DNA of 64,000 nt, taken from Octopus vulgaris (lineage: Eukaryota). Where the stretch lies: contig OX597816.1 of NCBI GenBank assembly GCA_951406725.2, positions 68,324,001 to 68,388,000 of the forward strand. Reading direction: 5' to 3'. The notes under the pieces were generated by a model. The model did no database searches. It was not told the origin of the DNA and worked only from the letters and a program-made list of their open reading frames with translations. A program made the translations under genes and the position numbers. This document shows, piece after piece, positions 26,499-40,990 of the stretch (positions are counted from its first letter, which is position 1; each line of letters starts with the position of its first letter).

Positions 26499-26745
26499 TA
26501 CATATATACACACACACATAGATATTTATGTATTTATATAGATTTAATAATAGTTTGACTCAACTTCTCACGATGAGGTTTGATTGACGTGTTCCATGCG
26601 CCTACAAAGCCACATCGTATGGAACTGAGCGAAAGTGTTATTATATTTATAAATATATGAAATTCCTAATGCATGTGTTGAGTGCCACTGTTTTCTGTTT
26701 ATCCACTCACTCGTATACATGGATGTTCATGTCTATCCCATCTAC

Positions 26746-26786
<41 letters not shown>

Positions 26787-27606
26787 TATATACATATACA
26801 CATACCTAGAAGCACATATAATTATAACAAAGTAAAAAAAATTAAAACAGAATAGTTTTTGTTTTTTGTTCAAAGTGTAAGTTTCAAGCGGAACAAATTT
26901 GCTCACTTATATGCAAAGTTTTTCCTGTTTAATATTTGTTTCATTGCTAATTACAAATAGATTTAAGCGCTTATTTCCTTTCAGAGATTGAATAGATAAC
27001 AAATTAATATATGTTAAAGATAAAACATTGAAGAACCATGAAAATAAAAACAAACATGTCCATACTCAGCTATTATACAGAAATGATTTTATTCCTCTTC
27101 CTGATGTTAGATTAGACAAAAAAAAGCAGAAACAGAAAGAAAACAAAACAAAAATGCTAATACATAATTTGTGTAATAAAACAAGGAAAAAGCATTTGTC
27201 TGTAGCAACAAGATAATTCAATTTGCTATGACAATACAAGTGTTAAATTGTTCACGTTGATTGGTTATTAATACATAAACTCCGCTGGACATGTTTTTAC
27301 TCTAGAGCTTTGCATGGCTGTGTGCTTAGCAAATTCACTTTGAAACTAAAACTACGTTGTTCTGGATTCGATTCCACTGTCAGATACTTTCCGACCTTCA
27401 CTGTGTTCATTTTACCATAGCTTCTGTTTGATCAATGTCATATACATATATGCACACACACACACACACACACACGCAAACACATATATGGGAACACAGC
27501 TGTTAGTCATTCTGAGGACATGGCAAGTCCAGCCTAACTAAGCCATCAGTAACATTGACTCAATGCTCGTTGAACTAGCTTTGTTCAGAATTTCTTAGTT
27601 TATCAT

Positions 27607-27637
<31 letters not shown>

Positions 27638-28078
27638 CACGTAAAACCAGGGTTATTTGTTGCGTACATAACTAAAGGTAACAATATTTCTTATATTACA
27701 GTACATATCACTAGCTGTATTGATAATGTGTCGTTTCATTATCTAACAGATTTTATGACCTTGAAGGGCAAAATAAAACACATTCACACACCCACGTGCA
27801 CACACCCAGATGAACGCTTACTCATACATGCTCTCACACGCACGTTTACATACATATTGTAAAATTCAATTTTGTGGCTAAGCGAGAACTATTCCAGCGA
27901 CAAGAAACTTCGGATAAACTGCAAGCAATATATCTGGGTAATTAGCTAATATGCTTTTCTATCTCTCTTAGAATACACAGAGATAAAGACACGAACACGA
28001 ACACACATACACATACATAAATACATACACATATACATCATGTGTGTGCGTGCGTATATATATATATATTATATATAT

Positions 28079-28164
<86 letters not shown>

Positions 28165-29653
28165 GTATACATATATACATAAACATCTGCGGTAATCAAT
28201 CAAAAAGCTACAGAAGATTTTGTGTATATCTGTGTGCGTGTATGAATAAAGTTTTGTCTTCGCGTATGTGGGTGTCTGCGCTTTTTGCATGTGTGAGTAT
28301 ATGTCTTTGCGTATACGTATTTATGTATGCGTATTTTGTGTATTTGTGGATGTATATTTATGCATGTGTATATGTATGTTATACACGAAGAGTAATTATT
28401 TTCTTCTTTCTGGTTCATTGAACTGTGTCGGGCATAAAATAAATGTCTGAGTTATTTATTCCTACACGTTGTCATCAGTGATATGTTGGTTGCTAAGAAA
28501 AACAAAGAACAAAGGAACGTTTGTGTTGGTAGTCACATATTGATAGCCGTTTGAAAGGAAGAACACAAAGAAGCGAATAATTTTAAAAACATATCAAGTT
28601 TAAAAGGGTAACAAATGGAAGAAGAAAATATATCGTGGCATTGGGAGGTAAAATTGATTATATTTATGAAAAGAACTTTTGTTTGCTTGCGCACACTTTG
28701 TTCCTGTGTTGCACATATTCCGTTGGAATTTCATACATTTAGGTTTTGTAAGAAGGTTACATTAGCTTTATTTTTTTTTTTTTTTACATATTCTGTACCT
28801 AACTTTAATGATTGCGCCGAGAATAATTTTTTAATTTTTTTGTTGAATTAACAATGTGCTTAATATTCAAAAAAATTTCCAAAAGGAAAAAGAATTAATG
28901 ATATTTTTTTATACTGCCCGTCCTACATTGTATTGAGACAAAGAACATACGTAGTTTTCCATTTAATATCTGCCTATGATATTTTCATTTTTCATCTCAA
29001 GGCTAATAAATGAGTTGATGAAATTTTACAAATAATATTTTCTTTTGTTTCTTTTTTTTGTGAATTTTTAGGAAATTATTTTCAACATTTAGGAAGAATA
29101 CCATGCCATAATAAATCGTTAACTGCGCGAATCAAAGCGATGATTTGCATAATTATTCTTGATTCGTTCCGGTAGATGCGAACGTGACTATGCTAATCGC
29201 TGTTATGCTTCGTCACAAAACAACTTCTTTTCGATAACTGTGCGTTCAAAACACACTCGATAAGCTTATTGTAAGTCTAAAGAGTGATGCACTTTCAACT
29301 CTCGTTTCATGCCATTTCATTTTATTTAATTATACATGCGGTAGAAAAAGTTGTAATTAACTTTACTCTTTTATAACTAAGGGCTTTTAAAAAAAAATCT
29401 TAGCAAATAGACTTAATACGAACAAGGGAGATTCTATGTGGTTTTTCGAAATGCTAGAAATAGCAACTAGATTATCCATAACTAATTATAATCAATTTTA
29501 AGACTGAAAGGAAAATACTTAAGATGATGTTGACCTGCATTGGCTATCTGTGAAAATAAAATAGGATGGTCCCAATTGGAAGAACTTTAATTACAGGCTT
29601 ACTAAATTTAGGATAACCTGGGATTAATCAAGAGTAACAAGTCCAAGTCCATC

Positions 29654-29711
29654 ACAACTGTAACTCCATTACAACTGTAACTCCATTACAACTGTAACTC
29701 CATTACAACTG
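29654..29711. repeat. 17-bp tandem repeat (acaactgtaactccatt) x3.4
   Basis: Seen directly; identical units with no spacers. Confidence 0.95.
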
Positions 29712-30687
29712 ACTGAAATATGTAAGCTTTCGATAAGTCAGTACTGCGATTTTGTTTTGATTCATTCCCATTAAATTTACAATCAGTAATCAATAATTGA
29801 TTATAGGCAACGAGGCCCGAAACAGTGTTTCTTCGGCACTTGAAATACTTCTCGCTGTTGAGGCCATTGATACATGATCAAAATTGTTGTTTAGCCCCGT
29901 TTCAAATCTGATCGAGTAGCCTTTTGTAGTAAGTTAATCTACTTATAACAGTCTCACTATTATCAAAATAAGTATATAATGTGTTTTCATTTGCAAGTTG
30001 TTGCAAATTATCTTAACAACGATGTTTTTGATATTTGGAGGAAAAGTCATGGCCGACATATTTCGTATGTTTATGAATGTATATCTCATCTACAACGTAT
30101 TCAAACAATTAGGAAGGAGTTTCTCTCCTTCTCTTCACTCAACCTGCATCTACATACCCCTCCGATCGCACCCTATTCCCTGGTTGTCTAACGGTGGTAT
30201 GATTATCACGATTGGTATGTTTGTCATCAACTTATATCTCAGTCAGACTTAACGAACAAAATTTATGCATGGCTCCTAAACCATTTAAAAATTGTAACCA
30301 TATCAGCTGTCTTTGAAAAGGAAAGGCTCACGAGATATTGTAGTAAACACTACACATCACGAACATAGGGAAAATGACGGAATGATCAACACTGGAGTAT
30401 ATGTTAGGCACATAATGATTCCAAAAAGATCAACTGTAGATTGATAGATTCTGGTGCTCGGCGTCAATAGTCGAAACTAGAAAGTTCAAAGTATAAATGT
30501 GTACTACACCCTAGTAATTGTAAGAATCTTAAAGTAATTGTGATAGCGATATCTATGTAAAAATGGAGCTAAAACATGGATGTCATTCTTAGTTACATAA
30601 ATTCAATTGAATCAATTTCCCCATTGAATGCAAATTGTCAGCACTATATTACTAAACCGACAAAAATATCGGTTGGTATTTCTGGCA

Positions 30688-30950
30688 ATTCTGTTGTGTC
30701 GGGGAGAGTCATTTTCTTTGTGTGCCTTATAATATAACACACTCACCGGTAAAATTTCCACTTTTGTTTTCTTATTTTTATTTTCCTAAAATTTTCGTTG
30801 CGTCTTGCAACCTTTTCAATAAAAGGTTGCAAGACGCAACGAAAATTTTAGGAAAGTAAAAATAAGAAAACAAAAGTGGAAATTTTACCGGTGAGTGTGT
30901 TATATTATAAGGCACAAAAAGAAGATGACTCTCCCCAGACACAACAGAAT
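30688..30950. repeat. 263-bp near-perfect palindrome with a 4-nt loop
   Basis: attctgttgtgtcggggagagtc...cgttgcgtcttgcaacctttt-caat-aaaaggttgcaagacgcaacg...gactctccccagacacaacagaat. Confidence 0.95.
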
Positions 30951-31184
30951 ATGCTTCAACACACGAACTCTCATATAAAGAATCTTGCAAACCAAATCCC
31001 GCTGGCTTTAAAAAGAAGATCAGTAATGACATTTTGAGATGTAATTATGATTAAGGAAACCCAAGGAATGGAATTGAGAAATAAACATGCCATGGACAAG
31101 AAAGTGGTACTCATGAATCCAAATATTCAGTATTCGGTAATATAACAATATAAAATATACACATATAGACATACACATACGACA

Positions 31185-31340
31185 CACTTCCACGTAGCTT
31201 TCATCTACCAAATTCACAAAGCATTGATTGATTCGGATCTATAAAAGAAGACACTTCCCCAAGGTTTCGCGCAGTGTGACTGTAACCAAAATCCCGTGTT
31301 TGAAAAGTGAGCTTTTTAGCCACTTAGCCATACTTGCCCT
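31185..31340 (-). mobile_element. Diverged 5' half of SINE family A
   Basis: catctaccaaattcacaaagcattg...gaagacacttccccaaggtttcgcgcagtgtgactgtaacc. Similar partial copies at 9541-9600 (+), 48648-48783 (-) and 48835-48950 (-). Confidence 0.7.
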
Positions 31341-32645
31341 AATAATTTTATGTATTCACTTATGTATTTGAAGGACCAAGGTATATAAATAAACAAGCAG
31401 TGAAATGGTAATGCCAAAGAAGGTTCCATCATTTAGACCTTGGTAAGTCAAATGATCTCCCTGTGTAGTGTGTTAGTGGCTATGTATTTCACAGATCCGT
31501 GTACCCTTGATGTGATCCTTAGTCAGAACCAGCGTGGCACAGTATGACAAGACCATACTTTTGAATTATAGGCACAATCTATTTCGACAGGTTTCGACAC
31601 AGTTTCCGTCTTCTTAATTTCGCTCTCAAGCCCTTGTGTCTGAGAAACAAACGTCTTAACCATTCAGCCATATTGCGTCTACTCCAATATTTATTTTTGC
31701 TAAAACTTTCTATTACCCTTCTAGCCGATGTCTAGCTTGAGACATCCAGAAGATTAGAGCTCTGGAAGAGAAATTCCTAGGAGTAAGAAATTATGCGATG
31801 AATTCGAATTGGGTAGATTATATATTTATATAACAAAATCTTATTAAAATTTTGTTTTTAAGATGGTTTAGTTTTGAACCAAATCTAGAAACCAGCATCC
31901 GTATAAGTTTCTAGGATTAGCTGCTAAATAAAAGAGTTTCAATAAGGATTGAAAACTATCCTAATCTCAAACGCAAATGCTGATAATGAGAGATGGATTT
32001 ATCGTCGTTGTTGATTGTTAGATTTTAACAAATCAACTTTGATTCGCAGACTGTATTTTTGAAGGAGCATGTTGATATTGTTATCTGATATTTCTAGCTT
32101 AAGATCCAACTGCATAATGGCTTCTTTAGCTTACATTGTTAGAAATAGTAAGTTTGGTGACTTAGTAAACAAGAAACCCTACAATAACTTCGAAGATATT
32201 TTAATGAAAGTACTTAAGACAGTTTTTCCAAACTCATATTACTTTAAAATTCTTCTGACATTAGCAATGTTTTATTATGGTTAACGAAAAAATGTCATTT
32301 TTTTTTCTATAATCTTAATATTTTTTATTGTATTCCTCAATTTCTTCATAATTTCGAGTCTCCAATTTCTAATTTATAATTTCTGTCTGCCTAAAAGACT
32401 TTAATTACTCATAAATTCAAGAACATATACACACATACATATACATAGACACACAAACATATACACGCATACACATACAAAGATACAGACATAAAGCATT
32501 CGCGGACACTCGAGGAAGATAAACACATACATACATACAAGCACACATATGTGCAAATCCATATCCAAACACTCACACACACACACACACACACACAGAG
32601 ACACACACAGACACACACACAGACACACACACAGACACACACACA

Positions 32646-32691
<46 letters not shown>

Positions 32692-33158
32692 TAAATCTCA
32701 CTAAATCAGACCCATAAAGACACAAATTTACATACACATACCATCCACACATATATACGCATATATTCATGCACATACGCACGTACACAATTAAATATCG
32801 ACATAACGAGAAAATAAAAGGCAATAGAGCCGAAAATAAAATTTATCGTATTATTAATTAAGAGGAAACAAAATACGAGTGAAACAGTTATGTTTCATTT
32901 TTACTTCTCCAGTATCCAAGTAAACTTTGGAATGCTTCAATGTTGTGCTATCTTTCAAGACATGTGATGTATGCATCACGTCTTGCGTTGTGCATAGATA
33001 TATGGCATGTGGTGTGATATGCTACATCTAGAGTTTTATGATGAATGTGTGCAAATACTAAATCTATGTATGCCTGCCTTATGCCTGTATGTCTGTCTGT
33101 ATATCTGTCTGCCTATCTATGTATCCATGCATGTATGTATGTATGTATGTTGTATGTA

Positions 33159-33193
<35 letters not shown>

Positions 33194-33219
33194 ACCTACC
33201 TACCTACCTATCAACCTAC

Positions 33220-33295
<76 letters not shown>

Positions 33296-33952
33296 TTATC
33301 TATCTATCTACCTACCTACCTACCTATCTATGTGTGATGTATATATACATATGAAGCATCTCAGCATACCTATACATATGATATATCTCAACGTATGAGA
33401 TATTGATACACATGAAGTATATAGAAATGTAATATGCCTAGTCATGCTATTTATTTAGTCATGTATCTTGCTTAATCCTATAATGTGCCTATATGTGTAT
33501 GATATATCGATGTATACGATGCACCATCTCATAGCACGTATTTAAACATATGATGTATCCGGACATGTGATGCGTCTGACGACGTCACGCATATTAATTT
33601 GTGAAATACTCATATATATCACATGCCTAGTCATGTGCTATTTCTAAACCAGATACACCTGGATAGGTGATATAGCTTTACATATGATGTCACGTAATTC
33701 ATGTAGCCATATAATATATCAGTTTATTATGACGTATGTGGAGGAAGTAAGCTATGTGTGTTTGGAGACAATCTCTGTTCCATCTATAATTGCAGAATTA
33801 CTTGCATTTAGCTATACAAATTATGGTTTACTAAAAGTTTTGCAACTTCTCTTGCCTCTTGTACACCTACACATTCAATTTATACTCTAAGTCTTCAATA
33901 GTAAGGCAGCTTTAATAAGAATCTGTTATATTAAAATGCTAATGATACATAC

Positions 33953-33976
33953 CTGTGGTGTAAAAAGTCTGTTACA
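33953..33976 (-). CDS. Candidate 24-nt frame-preserving microexon (CNRLFTPQ in phase 0, or VTDFLHH in phase 2)
   Basis: Minus strand: ttgcgcttacactttcaccatccctttccacAG|tgtaacagactttttacaccacag|GTatgt. Branch-like CTTAC, polypyrimidine tract, CAG acceptor and CAG|GTATGT donor. Confidence 0.4.
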
Positions 33977-35022
33977 CTGTGGAAAGGGATGGTGAAAGTG
34001 TAAGCGCAATACAGATAAAATTCAAACGAACGCCACTCGAATGTGCATGCATACGAAAGTAATTGACGTTGACGCATATACATACATACTGACGTTATTT
34101 AGCTGTGTGTATGAATGTGTGCTTGTACGTGTGTGTATGAATGCGTGAGAGGATGAGGGCATCTGTATATGCGCTCATGTCATTAGCGTTTGTGTACGCG
34201 TGTGTATGCCAATTATATAATGTTACGTGCTTTTAATTTATTGTTACCGAAACGGAGTTTGTTGTGTTACGCAAGAGATGATTCTATTGGGGTTTTTTTT
34301 CCAAATTATTGATGCTTTCTGTCGGTCGCAACTCCTGATAGTGTCACCATTTTCAGTGATAGGACAGCATTTGAATTCAAGATACAGAGATCTAGAACGA
34401 ATATTACAAGTATCCTGTACAAGAGACTAATAATTCACCAGTCCACTGTCCTAGATTAGTACATTATTTATTATAGACCTGAAGAGGTAAAAAAGCAAAA
34501 ATAACCTCTGAGGGATTTGAACTCACGAAACTGAGACGGAAAACAAATGTCATAAGGCTTTTTATTGGTCTCTAATAATTCTGCTAATTCGAAAGGCAGT
34601 CCAGAAGCTTAAACGTATTTACGATGAGATCAAACAACGTAACAAGGATCATGCACGTTTGGTCGCTATTCTCTTTAGAATTGGCACAGTCATACCATTT
34701 GAACAATGTAAGAAGGATTATTCGTCATTTCGGCTGCTATTCTCTTTGAATTTGGTGCTTTCATGCCATTTTAAACTTAAGCTAGCTTTGCATACACGTA
34801 ATTTCTGGTAAGCATTTAGATCCACGAAGTGTTGCGATACTCACCATTCTCCTAGTTAAATTCTGTTTTAGAAATCACTTGGAAAATATTACAGTTTAGC
34901 TACCATTATTTACAGTAGTGAATTATACCATCTAATCGTATCATCCATTCCTGTCACTGCCGTTTATCGCCAAGTAACCCATGTTCGACAACAATCATAA
35001 TAAACGGTATTTCAGCAGTGAA

Positions 35023-35093
<71 letters not shown>

Positions 35094-35894
35094 TTTAATT
35101 TTTGGTATAGTGTATCCCTGACTACATTATCCAATATGTCATCTTTTGTTTTACTGTAAATTCTTGGCGGTCGAACGATGTCACAGATGTTTACTCGTCG
35201 AATTTTATTAACATATATAGAGTAACCGAAAGTGAGTGGCCTAGAGGTTAGGAGTGCTGCACTGCATCGTATGGTCGTGCGTTGGGTTTCCGGATTAGAT
35301 GGCGCATTTTTGTTTTTCAGTTGAAAAAAAGCACGGCGATGAATTAACCACACAACAGACTGACATCTCGTTCAGACAGGTGTCGTCTAATCTCCGACAT
35401 TTATCATCACAAAAACCGGGATTGTTTATGTTTGGTTGAATGAGTTTCTAGCTCAAGATAGACTTTATATTTTTCTTTCTATTTATACTTATCCGTTGAA
35501 GGCTAATTATCTTAACCATAACCAAACTGCTACATCGATGATTGGATTTGAATTAGTGACAAGTTATTTCGTTCTCATGCCAATGATTACAATAGTCCGC
35601 AGCTCCTAGCCATTGTAAATTCACGAGAGTAAATTCTTTCTGTTGACTTCCATTAATTTACAGTGTCAAACATGCCACACACCCATTTAATTAGAGGGTT
35701 TGTGTGGTCGAGTTCCACCGTTGTGGCTTTCAAATCTAATTACACCTGGGCACATCGCTTCTTACAAGAAAAGTGTGGCTCTTGGGGTTTACATCCTGTT
35801 GCAAACTTAAAGTGCAAGCAAGATTAAGAAAATTATTTCCGAATTTCTAGACGTAGTGAAATTGTTTGGCGAAGCCAGGACAACTTCAGTATTG

Positions 35895-36460
35895 GCCAAT
35901 GAAATCAACACCAGTACTTCACCAGTACTTTATTTTTTCGAGTTCACAAGTATCAGGAACGAAGTTAACCTAGCTAAGATTCGAACTCAGAACTTAAAGA
36001 GCCGGAAGTAATACCGATTTCAAATTTTGGCACAAGGCCATTAATTTCAGGAGAGGGGTACATCGATTATATTTATACTCATTTTATCGACTCTCAAAGG
36101 AGGAAAGACAAAATCGACCTCGGCGTAAATTGAACTCAGAACGTAGCGATAGACAAAATGGTGTTAGGCATCTTGCTAACGGCTCTGCCAACTTGCCGCC
36201 TCAGCTGCAAGGAATACTGAACAATTTCTTTCTAGTTTTAGTTTTACCATGCACAAAGAGGATGCTAGAAATTTGGTTGTGAGAGGAATGGTTGATTATA
36301 TCGACCTCAGTATTTTACTGGTATTTATTTTACCAACTTCAGAATGATAAAAGGCAATATTAATCACAGTGGTATTTGAATTAAGAACATAAAAGTCTAG
36401 AACTAAGCAGATCAAGGTGCTTTGTCCATAAGTATAACTATTCAGCCAATCTTCCATCTC
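35895..36460 (-). mobile_element. Cluster of three nested or adjacent diverged SINE family B copies
   Basis: Repeated ttttatcgac..aaaggca..tgaactcagaac motifs at about 35925-36000, 36015-36202 and 36270-36460. Confidence 0.65.
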
Positions 36461-36677
36461 AAGACAACAGTCAATGTGTATTCAAGAAGAGTAGGCCAGT
36501 ATATAACTGACAATTGTAATGGTTATAAAGTTTTTATATCTTATCGGAGATAATAGGACTTAGTAGTTCTTATTTAATTCACTGCTGTTTAATAGGAGGA
36601 ATGTTGAATGAGAATAGAGTAATAAATTCTACTTTGCTGAGACTAAATGTACAGATAAACGAATACTAGTTAAAAGC

Positions 36678-36688
36678 ATAATAATAAC

Positions 36689-36753
<65 letters not shown>
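36678..36753. repeat. (AAT)n microsatellite (another at 38655-38708)
   Basis: Seen directly. Confidence 0.98.
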
Positions 36754-36755
<2 letters not shown>

Positions 36756-37675
36756 GCAATATCATTGTTGCACTGACATCCGTTAAGAACGCTTCGTCTC
36801 CATTTAAGAACCAAATTCCTTCCATTGATTTGGTATTTAAGACAATGAAATTGAACATAGAATACAATAAAGATATGCGAAATAATACGGACAATGGGAA
36901 TTCTATGCAAGTTGTGGCTAATTAAATGCTTTAGACGTGAATATCCCTATGTTACTAAAATTGTAAAACCGAATTTCAATCAAAGATCAAATAAGAATAA
37001 AGACAATGAATTAAATATAAGAAAGTCGTATTAATGATATCAGACTGTTAATATAACTTGCTTTATCACGCATCATTCTTTGATGCTATACACGCATTGA
37101 TTTCAGATATTACGCGGCTCAAGACAATTTTTTTTTTGAATTGATAATCTTCATCGTAATTATGACGTAGGTTGAACAATATAATATTTTCCGTGTCGTT
37201 CGAAAAGTTCAAACTACACAGCTTAAAATGTCTGCTTGCAAAATAGTTATTTCCGGCAAAAAAAAAAAAAGAAATTACATTTTAACATGATTTAAATACT
37301 TGTAGCATAAGCATTACCGTGCGGATAAAAAGTCAGTTTCTTATACAAATGACAATACACAGCAAATGGTCAAATGGTACGATGTTCGACCCTGTTACGA
37401 TGCAGTCATCCAGTCGTTCATCTAATGAAGACTCTGCTGAGAACGAGCTGAGAGAAAATTAGGCAAAAACGTTGGTTTTGGTTATCCCCTTTTAACCTTG
37501 ATAAAGGCTGACTAAAATAAGAAACTGAGCTATATAGTACTTTATGCTGTGCGTTGTAACAGGTAGATTACCACACTATTACTGATGCTACCATATCAGC
37601 CGTAACAACATCAAATGCCTTATATGAAGCACTTAAAGATACAACTGTCGAAAACATTCAGAACTTACTCTCTCG

Positions 37676-37873
37676 TTACTCTTTTACTCTTTTACTTGTT
37701 TCAGTCATTTGACTGCGACCGTGCTGAAGCACCGCCTTTAGTCGAGCAAATCGACCCCAGGACTTATTCTTTGTAAGCCTAGTATTTATTCAGTCGGTCT
37801 CTTTTGCCGAACTGCTAAATTACGGGGACGTAAACACACCAGTAATAGTTGTCAAGTGATGTTGGGACACACA

Positions 37874-37945
<72 letters not shown>

Positions 37946-38045
37946 CATACATATACATATACATATATACGACGGGCTTCTTTCAGTTTCCGTCTGCCAA
38001 GTCCACTCACAAGGCTTTGGTTGGCCCGAGGCTATAGTAGAAGAC
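37676..38045 (-). mobile_element. SINE family A, lacking the tRNA head
   Basis: Reverse complement of 43055-43400, including the (ttactctt)n tail and the internal CA/TA microsatellite. Confidence 0.9.
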
Positions 38046-38047
38046 TA

Positions 38048-38602
38048 TAATAATTATCCGGACTGTTGCCATAGTAACGAAGCTAAAGCATGCACAAAGA
38101 AGCTGCTTGGCACAGATTGACCTTGAACTCTGCTGTGCATGGATTCTCAGTTTTAACGTTATCGTTCACTTCCCATTTTTACAGCAGTGCTTGGAAGTGA
38201 CGTGTCTAGCGTGTGATCGTCGCATTTGCCATGACAGAAAATCTTTGTCATGGCGTTACCTGCTCAGAGGCCTACGCAAAGTTACAGAAAGTATATGGAA
38301 AGGAGCGTATGAGTCGCACATGAGTGTACGTGTGGTTCAGATGCTTCCAAGATGGCCGAAAAATGTCGATATTGACGATCGTTCTGGGAGACCCGCAACC
38401 AGCAGTACTGAGAAAGACATCACCGGTGTGTGTGCATCGAATCAGCATCTGTGAGTTATCAAAGAAGATTAGTTACGCTTCCGTTCAGTCAATTATCACT
38501 GAAGATTTCGATATTAGACACGTGTCTGTAAAGATTGTGTGCCAAAACTGCTTTCAGCTGACCAAAATGACATTCGGGTTTCAGTTGCACAAGATCTCCT
38601 TG
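38048..38602 (+). mobile_element. Decayed mariner transposon, 5' end and transposase HTH region
   Basis: Frameshifted TCSEAYAKLQKVYG..MSRT..VWFRCFQDGR.NVDIDDRSGRPATS, ISYASVQSIITEDF, VPKLLSADQ (WVP motif equivalent). Confidence 0.85.
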
Positions 38603-38653
38603 TGCAACTATACATTTTGCCTGGCATTCTAACAATTCTGATAGCTCACACCC

Positions 38654-38708
<55 letters not shown>

Positions 38709-38819
38709 GTTTGGTACTGGGCAGTAAGGATAGATGAAATACTGCTAAGGAGCATAAAGATGGACGAAACACCACTAAGAAATGTAAAGACGGATGAAAT
38801 ACCGTTAAGCATTTTGGCA

Positions 38820-39002
38820 GCTCACTGCCTTAAGTATTGATTTCAAATTTGGCACAAGGCCAGCAGTTTTGGTGGGAGGGGGCAAATCAATTACATTGCC
38901 CCCAGTACTCAACTGGTACTTATTTCATTGCCCTCTGAAAGAATGAAAGGCAAAGTTCACCTTGGAAGAATTTGAATTCAGAATGTAAAGTCAGAAGAAA
39001 TG
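38820..39002 (-). mobile_element. Diverged SINE family B copy
   Basis: tttcaaatttggcacaaggccagc...cccagtactcaactggtacttatttcatt...gaatgaaaggcaaagttcacc. Confidence 0.7.
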
Positions 39003-39268
39003 CTTTTGAAAACTTTGCGTATGCCTCTGAGCAGGTATCGCCAAGCTTTTGGCAAAAGTTGATGCAAATTCTCTGCTCAAATGTCTTTGTCTTGGTCAAT
39101 GCAACGACCACACATTACAACGTTACTTGCAGGCACTGTTGGAAACAACTGAAGTGAGCTAGGACGTTAAAACTTAGCGTGCAAGAAGAGCGGAGTTCCG
39201 GATCGATCTGTGGCGAGCGTTTTGGCTTTAATTTGCGTGCTTTAGCTTCGTTACTATAGCAACAGAGC
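39003..39268 (-). mobile_element. Second 5' fragment of the same mariner family, in opposite orientation
   Basis: ORF 38920-39111 reads FEQRICINFCQKLGDTCSEAYAKF. The upstream ctgttgctatagtaacgaagctaaagcacgc matches 38062-38095. Confidence 0.85.
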
Positions 39269-39333
39269 GCTTACTTATTGATAAGACAACGTAAATATAT
39301 ATACATGCATAAATACATACATACATACATACA

Positions 39334-39407
<74 letters not shown>

Positions 39408-39531
39408 TACATGTAAGTATTGTAAATAAATATATATATACGTATATATATATATATACGTGTATATATATATATAAGTATATATATATATTTATATATA
39501 CGTGTGTATATATATAAGTATATGTATATAC

Positions 39532-39578
<47 letters not shown>

Positions 39579-39968
39579 CATTTATTGTAAATATAAGCAT
39601 GTGCGTCTATAGGTGTGTATTTAAAATGTCTGTCGTACGAACATTTCTTTAACAACATGTCAAGATGTTGAAATGACAGTTTCAGGTGTTCAGGTATCTT
39701 CATGTGTCACATTCGTTAGACACAAAGAACTATACAAGTTACGAAGCACAAAATTATGAAGAAAAAAAAAATGTAAAAAAGCAATAAACATCTTCTACAT
39801 TTCTTTATTTATTTGTTCATTCAGTTATTTGACTAAATACATTTATTTATTTATACAATACTGATGACTAAATTACTGTATTGAAAGGAATGAGGCCGAT
39901 ACGTGATCTACCAAGTTTTGCAATTCTTACATACATACATACATAATGCATAATACATACATATACAC

Positions 39969-40010
<42 letters not shown>

Positions 40011-40718
40011 TCATATGTACAGCCATACATACATATGTATATATATGTGTATGCATGTATGTATATATAAAATATTTTATGCTTTTTAGCTTTCATATAC
40101 GACAATACAGATATTGCTGCCGCGCTCCTCGCTTAACAATGAAATATGTACTGGAATATCTCTCTACGTGTGAACTATTTCATTAACTGCGGTGTGGAAG
40201 AAGTATGAAAAAATGTTTACAACAATAGAAGCTACCACAAAGAAGAGATGTTTCAGGTACCATATGTATGTAATTCTTGACGTGTCATTTTTTTAATATC
40301 TTATATAAGCACGGACACACACACACACACACATACACACACACACACACACGCAACACACACACGCACGCACACACACACACGCGCACACACAAACATA
40401 GAGGCATGAACACACGCACGCACACACACAGATGTACACGTAAACAAAAAGCACACACAAACATACACACGCACACATACACATGCACACATATGCGCAC
40501 ATAGACTGCATTCCATTACATTAAAAAAAAATTTTTTTCTTCATCGTCGAAAAATATACGAAGAAAGGAATTTAAAACTTAAAGAAAATAAATTACAAAA
40601 CAGAAAAAGAACAGAAATAGCGATGATTATATGCATTATATAGTGCTAAGTTGGTTAAATTTAGAATTAATCAAATGTGTCTATCGTACTTAGATGAATA
40701 ATTCCAAAACGTTCACAA

Positions 40719-40794
<76 letters not shown>

Positions 40795-40990
40795 CAAAAA
40801 ATAAAACAAAACAAAACACACAACAATATATTATAGTTATACAAACATATATACGAGCGGAGACAAAGTTATCTGCTAATCAAATTTGCTTCATCCGCGG
40901 CGTATTAGTTGGCCATGTCTTTATGTATTCTCTATTAGAAACTAGCAATTTTGAAATTTGAGATAGTGAAGAGGGCAGTCATATATATAT

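Noticed and set aside
27505-27560. agtcatt-CTGAGGA-c-atggc..gccat-cagtaac-attgact, a hammerhead-like layout; similar half-motifs at about 7790-7835 (-), 11290-11315, 43820-43862 (-) and 48610-48640
   Set aside because: The GAAA half of the core, the CUGANGA half or stem I is missing or too degenerate to call from sequence alone.
29654-29711. Short direct repeats, considered as a CRISPR-like array
   Set aside because: Contiguous identical 17-bp units with no spacers and no cas genes, in eukaryotic context.
31680-32340. AT-rich stretch with ORF 32069-32284 (KKPYNNFEDILMKVLKTVFPNSYYFKIL), faintly like a PLE linker
   Set aside because: Similarity too weak to support a call without a profile search.
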